64,000 nucleotides of DNA from an uncultured Gemmatimonadales bacterium (GCA_963728445.1 CAVSJO010000003.1:30083-94082), one strand, 5' to 3'; positions 18,295-26,169 are shown, counted from the stretch's first letter. The notes: generated from the sequence alone by a model not told the origin. A program made the numbers and translations.

Positions 18295-18930
18295 TTACGC
18301 CTCTCCCCGGCGGGCGGCGTTCAGCGCCTCGGGCGTGTCCACGTCCCGGAGCACGGCGTCGTCGTCGAAGGCGACGTCGCACACGTCGTCCGCGTGCGTC
18401 TCCAGCAGCCGGCGTCCGCCGACGTCGCCGTCGAGCGTCTTCAGCTCCGGGAAGTAACGCGCGCTCCAGAGCACCGGGTTGCCGCGTCGTCCTCCCGAAA
18501 CGGGCACGCAGATTCCGCCGCCGCGGGCGGGGTCGAACGCGTTCGTGAGGCGGCGCAGGTCGCCGGCGGCGATCCACGGCATGTCGCCGAGCAGGATTGC
18601 CGCCCCGTCCACGGGCTCCACCAGCGCGCGGATCCCGGCGGCGATGGACGTGCCGATCCCCGCCGCGAATTGGGGATTGACGGTGAAGGCGAGGCCGAGT
18701 CCCTCCAGCTCCGCGCGAACGGCGCCGGCGTCGTGGCCGAGCACGACCACCACCGGTGCGAGCCCGGCCTCCAGCGCCGTCCTCGCCACGCGCCGCACCA
18801 GCGGCTCGCCGGCCAGCTCCGCCAGCAGCTTGTTGCCCGCCTCCATGCGCTGGGAGCGACCCGCGGCGAGGATCACAGCGGCGATCCGGCAGGCGGCATC
18901 CGAGGGCCCGCGCGCCGCGGCGGCGCTCAT
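18295..18930 (-). CDS. mocA: Molybdenum cofactor cytidylyltransferase-like nucleotidyltransferase
   Basis: Motifs ILAAGRSQRM..NKLL, LLGDMPWI, GRRGNPVLW, GDVGGR and DVDTPE; the start overlaps the xdhC stop (ATGA). Confidence 0.75.
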   Translation of the reverse strand: MSAAAARGPSDAACRIAAVILAAGRSQRMEAGNKLLAELAGEPLVRRVARTALEAGLAPVVVVLGHDAGAVRAELEGLGLAFTVNPQFAAGIGTSIAAGIRALVEPVDGAAILLGDMPWIAAGDLRRLTNAFDPARGGGICVPVSGGRRGNPVLWSARYFPELKTLDGDVGGRRLLETHADDVCDVAFDDDAVLRDVDTPEALNAARRGEA

Positions 18931-20021
18931 GCCGGAGAGGATTCCGGAGAGGATTCCGGAGATGATGCAGGCGGCGCCTGTCCGACGGTACCGCCCCGCA
19001 GCGTGGACACCACCTCCGCCAGGATCGCGACCGCGATCTCTGCGGGCGAGCGGGCACCGATGTCCAGTCCGATGGGCGCGTGGATGCGGCGCAGGTCCTC
19101 CTCCGGCACGCCCCGCTCCCGAAGGCGCAGGAGGCGTTTGCCGTGGGTCCGGCGGCTGCCCAGCGCACCGACGTAGAACGCCCGCGTGGCCAGGGCGGCC
19201 ACCAGCGCCGGGTCGTCGAGCTTGGCGTCGTGGGTGAGCGTGATCACGGCCGTCCGGTGGTCCGGCCGCAGCTCCTCGAAGGCGGGCCCCGGCCACGCGT
19301 GCACGAGGTGAAGGCCGGGAAAGCGCTCCTCCGAGGCGAACAGCGAGCGCGGATCGACGACGTGGACCTCGAAACCGGCGGCCGTCGCCATGCGGGCGAG
19401 GGGTGCGGTGACGTGGACGGCGCCGACGACGAGCAGCCGGACGGGCGGGTTGTACGGCCGCAGGAAGACGTCGCCCGCCTCGGCTTCGACGGTCGTGGCG
19501 CGGTCCTCGAGCAGGCTCTGCCGCGCGGCCTCGACCGGCCATCCGTCCGGCCCGCCCTCACGCGAAGGTGCGGCTCCGTCCGAGGGTCCGGAGACGTTTT
19601 CGAGGGGACGGAGCAGCGCCTGCTCTCCAGAGCGCATCCGCGTCGCGAGGACGACCGGGCGCTTCGCGTCGACGTCGCGCAGGAGCGCGTCCAGGAGCGC
19701 GCCCTCGACGGCGTCCACGCGGATCTCGACCTTCCCGCCGCACGCGAGTCCAACCTCCCACGCCATCTCGTCGGTCACGCCGAAGGCGAGCGTCCTGCCC
19801 TCTCCCGACGCGATCACCCCCGTCGACGCGTCGACGACGGCGGCCTCCACGCACCCGCCGGATACGGACCCGCAGAACGTGCCGCCGTCTGTCACGGCCA
19901 TGTGGCTGCCGGCGTCCCTGGGGGCGGAGCCCCACGTGCGCACGACAGTCGCCAGGGCCACTTCCCTGCCCTCGGCACGCCATGCCGCCGCCGTTCGAAG
20001 AACGTCCTCGTCGGTGTTCAC
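18927..20021 (-). CDS. xdhC: XdhC/CoxI family molybdoenzyme maturation factor
   Basis: Motifs LATVVRTWGSAPR, GSVSGGCVE, VGLACGG, LTHDAKLD, YVGALGSRR and IHAPIGLDIGA..PAEIA. Confidence 0.9.
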   Translation of the reverse strand: MNTDEDVLRTAAAWRAEGREVALATVVRTWGSAPRDAGSHMAVTDGGTFCGSVSGGCVEAAVVDASTGVIASGEGRTLAFGVTDEMAWEVGLACGGKVEIRVDAVEGALLDALLRDVDAKRPVVLATRMRSGEQALLRPLENVSGPSDGAAPSREGGPDGWPVEAARQSLLEDRATTVEAEAGDVFLRPYNPPVRLLVVGAVHVTAPLARMATAAGFEVHVVDPRSLFASEERFPGLHLVHAWPGPAFEELRPDHRTAVITLTHDAKLDDPALVAALATRAFYVGALGSRRTHGKRLLRLRERGVPEEDLRRIHAPIGLDIGARSPAEIAVAILAEVVSTLRGGTVGQAPPASSPESSPESSPA

Positions 20022-20028
20022 GCCGCCC

Positions 20029-20634
20029 CTAACGGCCTTCCTCGAACTGCCGGAGATCCGCCTCGACGACGGTCTCGATGCAGGTCGGGCAAATGCCGTG
20101 GCTGAAGCGGGTCCCGGCGTGCCGGGACAGGTAGCTCTCGACGCTTCCCCAGTAATCGTCGTCGTCGCGGACGCGACGGCAGTAGGAGCAGATCGGGATG
20201 ATGGACTTGAGCTCCTTCACTTCGGCCAGGGCGGCACGCAGCTCGCCGACCAGCATCTCGCGCTGCGCTTCCATGCGCTTGTTCTCGGTGACGTCCCGGG
20301 CCGCCGAGTAGATCACGGTGCCGGCATGCGCGGTGGCGTTCCACAACAGCCAACGGAAGGAGCCGTCCCTGCAGAGGTAGCGGTTCTCGAAGGCGATGGC
20401 CTGATCCCCGCTCCGGACCTTCCGGTTCTGCTCCAGCGTCCTCTCCCGATCATCCGGATGGACGAACTCGATGAACGGCCGGCTCATCAGCTCGTCCCTC
20501 GTGAACCCGAGCGCCCGCTCCCACGCCGGGTTCAGGCGCTTGAAATACCCGTCGTAGCCGAGATGGCACAGGAGGTCGATGGAGACCTCGAAGAACGGGT
20601 CCTGCTCCGCCGCCCCACTGTCGTTCACCTGCAT
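20029..20634 (-). CDS. Stand-alone PAS-domain protein with a C-terminal Cys-rich tail
   Basis: PAS/PAC (DLLCHLGYDGYFKRLNPAWE...FVHPDD...FENRY), coiled coil, then IPICSYC...FSHGICPTC. Confidence 0.8.
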   Translation of the reverse strand: MQVNDSGAAEQDPFFEVSIDLLCHLGYDGYFKRLNPAWERALGFTRDELMSRPFIEFVHPDDRERTLEQNRKVRSGDQAIAFENRYLCRDGSFRWLLWNATAHAGTVIYSAARDVTENKRMEAQREMLVGELRAALAEVKELKSIIPICSYCRRVRDDDDYWGSVESYLSRHAGTRFSHGICPTCIETVVEADLRQFEEGR

Positions 20635-20915
20635 GGCCCAATCAGTCGTCTGAGGCTCTCTGTTCCGGCACCGTCGCCGGCCGACCCCGTCCCGGGAAGT
20701 CGCCCTCCGTCCCGGAAACTTGGCCCCGCCCCGGGAACTTGGCTTCCGGGCGGCCGTTCGTACAGTCCCGGACGTCGGGTCCGCGGCGCAGGCCCCGGGC
20801 GGCTTCGCTTGATCAATCCACGCTTCCCCACCTACGTTGCCACGACACTCCGAGTCGAGATGCACCCCGGACGCGCGTGCCGGGGCACGTCCCATCCCAC
20901 AATCGGGAGGCAGCC

Positions 20916-21251
20916 GTGGCTGGCAAGTTCGAGATCTACAAGGACAAGAAGAGCGAATTCCGCTTCCGTCTGAAGTCCTCCAACGGCCAGACCGTCCTGA
21001 CGAGCGAGGGCTACAAGTCCAAGGCGAGCGCCCAGAACGGCGTGCGCTCGGTCCAGGAGAACGCCGGCAACGCCGATCGCTTCGAGAAGTCCACCACGCC
21101 ATCGGGCGCGTTCCGCTTCAGCATGACGGCGAAGAACCGCCAGGTCATCGGCCAGAGCCAGAATTACAAGAGCGCGGCGTCCCGCGACTCGGGCATCGAG
21201 GCCATCGCCCGCGCTGCGACGGGCGCAAAGGTGGAGGACCAGACCGCCTGA
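20916..21251 (+). CDS. yegP: YegP family protein (tandem DUF1508)
   Basis: GKFEIYKDK..EFRFRL...NGQTVLTSEGY and a second repeat FRF...NRQVIGQSQNY; GGGAGG precedes GTG 20916. Confidence 0.85.
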   Translation: MAGKFEIYKDKKSEFRFRLKSSNGQTVLTSEGYKSKASAQNGVRSVQENAGNADRFEKSTTPSGAFRFSMTAKNRQVIGQSQNYKSAASRDSGIEAIARAATGAKVEDQTA

Positions 21252-21259
21252 TCCTGCCG

Positions 21260-21303
21260 GAGCCGCCGGACCCGGACGCCCTGGCGGCCCGGTCCGGCGG
21301 CTC
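21260..21303. terminator. Hairpin between the convergent yegP and cyanophycinase-like genes
   Basis: Perfect 13-bp inverted repeat GAGCCGCCGGACC / GGTCCGGCGGCTC with an 18-nt loop; no U-tract. Confidence 0.45.
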
Positions 21304-21360
21304 ACCCCTGCTGCACGATTCCCCCGAAATCGGTCAACACGAGCTCCCCTTCTCCGGGCT

Positions 21361-23031
21361 TCACCGCCCCGCGAGCATCCGCGCGGCGATCGCTTCCGCC
21401 AGACTCCGCGCGTTCGCGTCGTCGTCGTTCGTGAGAACGATCACGACGGCGTGATGGTCCGGGATGCGCAGGAACGCGGCGCGTCGGCCGTCCGGCGTCC
21501 CGTACGCGGCGAGCCGGTTCGCGCCGGATCCCGAGGCGTGCCACCCCTGCGACCGGTCGGCTCCCGGCCAGATCTTCGGGTCCTCCAGCCCGAGGGCGAC
21601 GCGGTAGAGCTCGTCGACGTCCGACCGCACCGTCCCGTCGGGCTCCGCCTCCGTCCGGTGCAGTCCCACCGGCGGCGCGATCTCCCGCGCGAAGCAGCGC
21701 TGGAAGGGCGACATCGCGCGCCAGCGGTCGGCGGCGGCCCGAGCCCGGGCGGAGGCCGGCGTGCCGGAGGGCGGCGTACCGGCGGCCGGCGCGTCGCCAC
21801 CCACGCCCGGCGGCGGTTCCGGGGCCGGAATCTGGTCACACAGCCCGGTGAAGATCCCGGCGACGTCGCCCAGATCGAACTGCGGCAGCGTGGTCGTCGG
21901 CATGAAGCGCTCCTGGTCCGGCACGCCATACGACGCGTCGATGAACACCTCGCCGTCCTGCGCCGCGAGCACCGTCGCCGCGCGCCGCCCGCTCCCGGCG
22001 TACGGGGCGAACAGGCTGTCGACGAACGCCTTCGTCAGCGGCGAGTCGTCGATCGCCCGGTGCAGGACGCGGCGGGCGCCGAGGTCGTAGCGGTCGCCCG
22101 GGTAGAGCGTCAGGAACGGCTTGCCCGGGTCGGTCTCCTCGCCGCCGTAGACGAACGCCTTGTTGCGCCCGACGATCGCGGCCGTGTCGCCCCGGACGAC
22201 CCACGCCGTCCCCTCGTCCTCCGACATCCCGAGCATCTGCGGGTAGCGCGGCATGATGGAGTCGGCCAGGTCCGGCAGCCGCTCCCGCGCCACCACGTGC
22301 TGGTCGATGGCCGTTCCCCGCAGGAATGCGAAGGCGTGGTGGTAGCCGGGGTAGTCCATGATCCCGTTGTCGTTCGACGGCGCGCCGCGGACCAGGAAGT
22401 CACCGAGGATCGTCGCGCCCGCGGACGAGCCGCCCACCACGCCGCCGCGGGCGAGGACGTCGTGGAAGCCCTGCTCGGTCCGGGTCCCGCCGTACGCGTC
22501 CACCAGCCGGTACTGCCGGCCGCCGTCGAACCAGACGCCGCCCGCCGTCTGAAGCGCGGCGACGAACGTGTCCGAATCGGCGACGTCCCGGTCCGTCGTG
22601 AACAGCACCCGCACGTTCCTCGCGCCCGCCGCCCGCAGGCGCTGCGCGCCCGGAGCGTTCTGGTCGTACGCGTCGCCCCCGGCCGCGTTGGGCACGTCGA
22701 CGATCAGCGCGTCCGGTCCCCCGGCGGCCTCGATGAACGCGCCCCAGACCCGGGGGCCGATCTCTCCGCCGCCCACGACCACGACGGTGCCGTTCGGCGG
22801 CCCGACCTCGGGGGCGCCGGTGGCGGCGGCCGCAGTGGCGTCTGCATCCGTGCCGGCGCCGGTCGCGCCGGACTGGGCGGCCAGCGTCGTCGGTGCCGCG
22901 AACAGCGCCGCGGAAGCGAGCGTCCCGGCCAATGTCGCGGCGAGCGCCGCGGAAGCGACGCAGCGGGCAGCGAGGGCGAGCATCTTCGGGGCGACGTCGC
23001 CTGGAGACTTCGTCGGGAGCGCGAATCGCAT
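21361..23031 (-). CDS. Exported cyanophycinase-like peptidase (S51) fused to a degenerate beta-lactamase-like C-terminal domain
   Basis: Motifs VVVGGG, VWFDGGRQYRL, nucleophile elbow GGSSAGA, IDQH...RER and SEDEGTA. C-terminal ATVLAAQDGEVF..ASYG...FDLGDV...VIVLTN. Confidence 0.75.
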   Translation of the reverse strand: MRFALPTKSPGDVAPKMLALAARCVASAALAATLAGTLASAALFAAPTTLAAQSGATGAGTDADATAAAATGAPEVGPPNGTVVVVGGGEIGPRVWGAFIEAAGGPDALIVDVPNAAGGDAYDQNAPGAQRLRAAGARNVRVLFTTDRDVADSDTFVAALQTAGGVWFDGGRQYRLVDAYGGTRTEQGFHDVLARGGVVGGSSAGATILGDFLVRGAPSNDNGIMDYPGYHHAFAFLRGTAIDQHVVARERLPDLADSIMPRYPQMLGMSEDEGTAWVVRGDTAAIVGRNKAFVYGGEETDPGKPFLTLYPGDRYDLGARRVLHRAIDDSPLTKAFVDSLFAPYAGSGRRAATVLAAQDGEVFIDASYGVPDQERFMPTTTLPQFDLGDVAGIFTGLCDQIPAPEPPPGVGGDAPAAGTPPSGTPASARARAAADRWRAMSPFQRCFAREIAPPVGLHRTEAEPDGTVRSDVDELYRVALGLEDPKIWPGADRSQGWHASGSGANRLAAYGTPDGRRAAFLRIPDHHAVVIVLTNDDDANARSLAEAIAARMLAGR

Positions 23032-23172
23032 GGGCGGGACCTCCGGAGGATGGAGAATGGTCCCCGAAGAATGCGGGAGGGGCCGGCGGCGTGTCCAGAG
23101 CGGCCGGGGGTTGTCTCGCGCGGCGATGAATGGCTTCGTGGGTCAGGGATCTCCTCGAGCCGTGGAGGCAGC

Positions 23173-23550
23173 ATGGACGACAGTACGATCGTCTACGTCG
23201 ACCGGTCCCGAATCCGGGAAGGCAAAGGGGACGAGGTCGCGGCCGGCGTACGCCGGCTGAGCGACTTCATACGGGAGCGCAACCCCCGCATCCTCGCCTA
23301 CCGCTTCTACGTGGACGTCTCAGAGGGCACCATGACCGTGGTGTCCGTGCACCCGGACTCGGACGCCCTCGCGTTCCACATGGACGTCGGAGACGCCGAG
23401 TTCCGGAAGTTCGCGCCGCTCCTCGAGATCGTCTCCATCGACGTCTTCGGAGAGGTGACCGGAGACGCCCGCGAGCGGCTGGACCGGAAGGCCCGGGCGC
23501 TCGGCGGCGCGGTGCGGGTGCACCGGGCGACGGCGGGGTTCAGTCGCTGA
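23173..23550 (+). CDS. Dimeric alpha-beta barrel (antibiotic-biosynthesis-monooxygenase-like) hypothetical protein
   Basis: GGAGG precedes ATG 23173. Pattern LAYRFYV...VVSVHPDSDALAFHM resembles ABM-like proteins. Confidence 0.55.
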   Translation: MDDSTIVYVDRSRIREGKGDEVAAGVRRLSDFIRERNPRILAYRFYVDVSEGTMTVVSVHPDSDALAFHMDVGDAEFRKFAPLLEIVSIDVFGEVTGDARERLDRKARALGGAVRVHRATAGFSR

Positions 23551-24061
23551 CCGCCCGGCCGGCCAGCAGCCGGTCAAGCGCCGCGTAGCTCTCGTTCATG
23601 CCGCCTTCCATCCCGGCCTTCAGCATTCCGTCCCGCTCTTCGGGCGTGAAGAAGAGCGTCGTGCTCACCATGCGGGTGCGGCCGTCGCCCAGGTCCTCGA
23701 AATGCGCCGAGGAACGGGACGGGTGCGCGGGCATGCCGTCCCACTCGAACGTCTGCACCAGCTGCTCAGGCGCGCGCACGTCGCCGAACCGACCTTCGAA
23801 TCCGTCGCTCCGGCCTCCGTGGTGCTCGACGAACCGCCAGTGACCGCCGGGCCGAACCTCCAGCGCTTCCACGTCCAGGCGATTGCCGCGACCCCACCAT
23901 TGCGCGAGCAGAGCCGCCTCCGTGAACGCCTGCCAGACCCGCTCCCGATCCGCGTGGAAGACACGCTCGACCCGCATCGCCCGGTCGCCTTCCAGCGTGA
24001 GCTTCGCAGGCGCCGGCCCGGGGGCGTTCGAGGCCGCCGCAGAATTCGTCATCTCGGTCAT
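23540..24061 (-). CDS. SRPBCC/AHSA1-like ligand-binding protein
   Basis: Motifs VERVFHADRERVWQAFT...QWWG, EVRPGGHWRF, QTFEW and GMEGGMNESYAALD. Confidence 0.9.
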   Translation of the reverse strand: MTEMTNSAAASNAPGPAPAKLTLEGDRAMRVERVFHADRERVWQAFTEAALLAQWWGRGNRLDVEALEVRPGGHWRFVEHHGGRSDGFEGRFGDVRAPEQLVQTFEWDGMPAHPSRSSAHFEDLGDGRTRMVSTTLFFTPEERDGMLKAGMEGGMNESYAALDRLLAGRAVSD

Positions 24062-24420
24062 GGGTTCTCCTCCGGGTTTCGCTCGAGCAGCGCGTCGAGC
24101 CGTTGAAAGCGGCCCTCCAGCATCCGCTGGTAGCCCGCGATCCACTCCGCCTCCTCCTCCAGCCGCGCCGGCCCCAGCCGGCACGTACGTACTCGGCCCA
24201 CCTTCTCCGTCGCCACCAGCCGTGCATCCTCCAGCACCGCCACGTGCTTGCGGATCCCTGTCAGCGTCATGTCGAACGCCGCGGCGAGGTCGCTGATGGA
24301 AGCATTCCCCGCGGCGAGCCGCTCGAGGATGCCACGCCGCGTCGGGTCGGCAATGGCGGCGAAGCCGAAGTCGGATTGGGCGGGAGTGTTCCCGGGCCCG
24401 GCGGCGGTAAAGTGAACCAT
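24058..24420 (-). CDS. ArsR/SmtB family transcriptional regulator
   Basis: Motifs FAAIADPTRRGILERL, IRKHVAVLE and EKVGRVRTCRL; the stop overlaps the SRPBCC start (ATGA). Confidence 0.9.
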   Translation of the reverse strand: MVHFTAAGPGNTPAQSDFGFAAIADPTRRGILERLAAGNASISDLAAAFDMTLTGIRKHVAVLEDARLVATEKVGRVRTCRLGPARLEEEAEWIAGYQRMLEGRFQRLDALLERNPEENP

Positions 24421-24428
24421 ATGGTTCA
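24413..24428. promoter_or_regulatory. Perfect 16-bp palindrome, probable ArsR autoregulatory operator
   Basis: TGAACCATATGGTTCA, centred on the ArsR start codon. Confidence 0.75.
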
Positions 24429-24473
24429 GTATTGCGTCAGCGGGTGCCGCTGTCAAGAGGCCTGGTGCCGGGG

Positions 24474-24623
24474 GCGGCCATGGGGGTCGCCGCCGTGCGG
24501 GCGCGTACCGGCGGGGCCGGTGCGGCCATGGGAGGCGGACCGCCGTGGCGGGTTCCGCCACGGGCTTGGCGCGCGGGAGCGGCGTGGCCGGTCCCGCCAT
24601 GGGCCTGGCGCGCGGGAGCGGCG
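24474..24623. repeat. GC-rich imperfect direct repeats upstream of AbiEi-DUF559 copy 2
   Basis: A 30-mer CCGCCA(C/T)GGGC(T/C)TGGCGCGCGGGAGCGGCG at 24555 and 24594; GCGGCCATGGG at about 24474 and 24522. Confidence 0.8.
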
Positions 24624-24816
24624 ATCGTAGAGGTGCGGGGTGGGAGCGCCCGGACGCAATCGACCAGATGCGCCGCCGGATCCGCGACCGTGAACGAAAT
24701 CATCCGCCGGTCGGCGCCAACGTGACTTGCAGGTCATGAGCCGCGCAGCCCGCTGACACGTTCGATGCGCGCTGCGCTTGATCCGTGGCAGCGATACCAA
24801 TCACCCTTGGATATGG

Positions 24817-24830
24817 TCGGTTCGAACCGA
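24817..24830. promoter_or_regulatory. Perfect 14-bp palindrome abutting the start of AbiEi-DUF559 copy 2
   Basis: TCGGTTCGAACCGA; its last base is the A of ATG 24830. Confidence 0.5.
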
Positions 24831-25816
24831 TGCGAGTCGAGCGGAGGACGGAAGCGGGATCGGGTGCACCGCCCGAACGGGAAAGGCTGTCCCGAAGGCG
24901 AGAGCGGGAAGACCGCATCGCAGCGATCGGTGAGGCCCAGCACGGCGTGGTGACCCGGGGACAGCTCGAAGCAGCCGGGCTGACCGCGTCCGCCATCCAG
25001 CGGCGCATGCGGACCGGGTGGCTTCGTCCTCTCCATCGCGGCGTGTATCGGATTGGTCCGATCGCCTCGCCTCTCTTCCGCGAGATGGCGGCCGTTCTCG
25101 CGGTCGGCGACGAGTCGGTCCTGAGCCACGTCAGCGCGGCGCTCGTTCAGATTCCCGAGCCGCCCGCCAGGCTTGCGGCAGTGCGCTCCGGGGCGGTGGA
25201 CGTCATCGCGATCGGAGCAAACCGAAGGCAACGCCCCGGCGTTCGCGTGCATCGGTTCGCAAATCTGCCGCCCGACGAGCGCGGAATACACGAAGGCGTC
25301 CCGATCACGATCCCGGCGCGGACGCTGCTCGACGCCGCGGGGATGGTGGGGTCCCGGGAGATCGAAGCACTGGTCGCCCGCGCCGAACGGGAGGGCCTCG
25401 TAAGCCGCGAGGACCTGATCCGGCTGATGCAGCGTCATCCCCGACGGCCCGGCACCGCGGCCCTCCGAGCCCTCCTGATGCCGGGAACGGAGCTGGCCAT
25501 GACCCGCTCCAACGCCGAGGAGGTGTTCCTTACGCTGATCCGGGAAGCGCGCCTCGACGGCTTCGAAACCAATGTGCCGTTCGGGCGGTACGAGCTGGAC
25601 TTCCTGTGGCGGAAGGAAAGGATCGCAGTGGAAATCGACGGTCGGCGATACCACTCCTCGCGTCCCCGATCGGAAGGGGACCGGCGCAAGGACGCATGGC
25701 TCCTCGGTCAAGGAATCACGGTCCTGCGCCTGTCGTGGGACCAGATCACTCGCGACCGGACGGCTACCGCCGTCGCGATCGGCCGCGCACTCGCGCTTGC
25801 CGGCGAGAGGGGCTGA
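24830..25816 (+). CDS. AbiEi-like winged-helix + DUF559/Vsr-like endonuclease fusion, copy 2
   Basis: Motifs QHGVVTRGQL...LRPLHRGVY, PITIPARTLLD, AMTRSNAE and LDFLW...AVEIDGRRYH...EGDRRKD...QGITVLR. Confidence 0.85.
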   Translation: MRVERRTEAGSGAPPERERLSRRREREDRIAAIGEAQHGVVTRGQLEAAGLTASAIQRRMRTGWLRPLHRGVYRIGPIASPLFREMAAVLAVGDESVLSHVSAALVQIPEPPARLAAVRSGAVDVIAIGANRRQRPGVRVHRFANLPPDERGIHEGVPITIPARTLLDAAGMVGSREIEALVARAEREGLVSREDLIRLMQRHPRRPGTAALRALLMPGTELAMTRSNAEEVFLTLIREARLDGFETNVPFGRYELDFLWRKERIAVEIDGRRYHSSRPRSEGDRRKDAWLLGQGITVLRLSWDQITRDRTATAVAIGRALALAGERG

Positions 25817-26063
25817 GCCAGGGAGTCGCCGGCCGAGCCGCGAGAGCCGACGCCCGGGCGCGTGCCGGTCCCGGGCGCGTGCCGGTCTGACTCCGACCTC
25901 GCGGATGCAATCGACCATCCGTCACCGGTACACGGACGCACGTCACCTAGCGTGCTCGGAGCGACCGATTCGTGACGACGTACGACCGCAGCGCTCCATC
26001 GCTCGAAACATTTTCGGTGATGTGCGGAGGTTTCGTGACGTTCGCCGGTGGCAGTTCACCGCG

Positions 26064-26163
26064 GGGGACTTTCCACCCGCGAGACACCGGGGCATTCCAT
26101 TCGCCCAACTCCCAGGGCCGTTCCAATCGCAACTCCCCGGGGCGTTCCACTCGCGCGTCCCAG
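26064..26163. repeat. Four degenerate 24-26-nt tandem units, consensus GGG-N3-4-TTCCA-N-(T/C)CGC-N-CCC
   Basis: Units start at about 26064, 26089, 26115 and 26139. Confidence 0.65.
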
Positions 26164-26169
26164 GAGCCC

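Larger units (their letters stand above)
24651..25917. mobile_element. Putative cassette: AbiEi-DUF559 copy 2 bracketed by 16-bp direct repeats
   Basis: CGGACGCAATCGACCA (24651-24666) and CGGATGCAATCGACCA (25902-25917), one mismatch. Confidence 0.35.

Noticed and set aside
18931-18965. 12-bp repeat (SSPE x3) at the xdhC C-terminus, and AAAKG repeats in the tricorn linker (about 31890-31950)
   Set aside because: Short in-frame low-complexity linker expansions with no sign of function beyond slippage.
24800-24835. GGTTCGAAC as a tRNA T-loop
   Set aside because: No acceptor, D or anticodon arms can be formed; it is part of a simple palindrome.
26064-26163. Degenerate 24-26-nt units as a CRISPR or mini-array
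   Set aside because: The units are too divergent and too short, with no repeat-spacer alternation.
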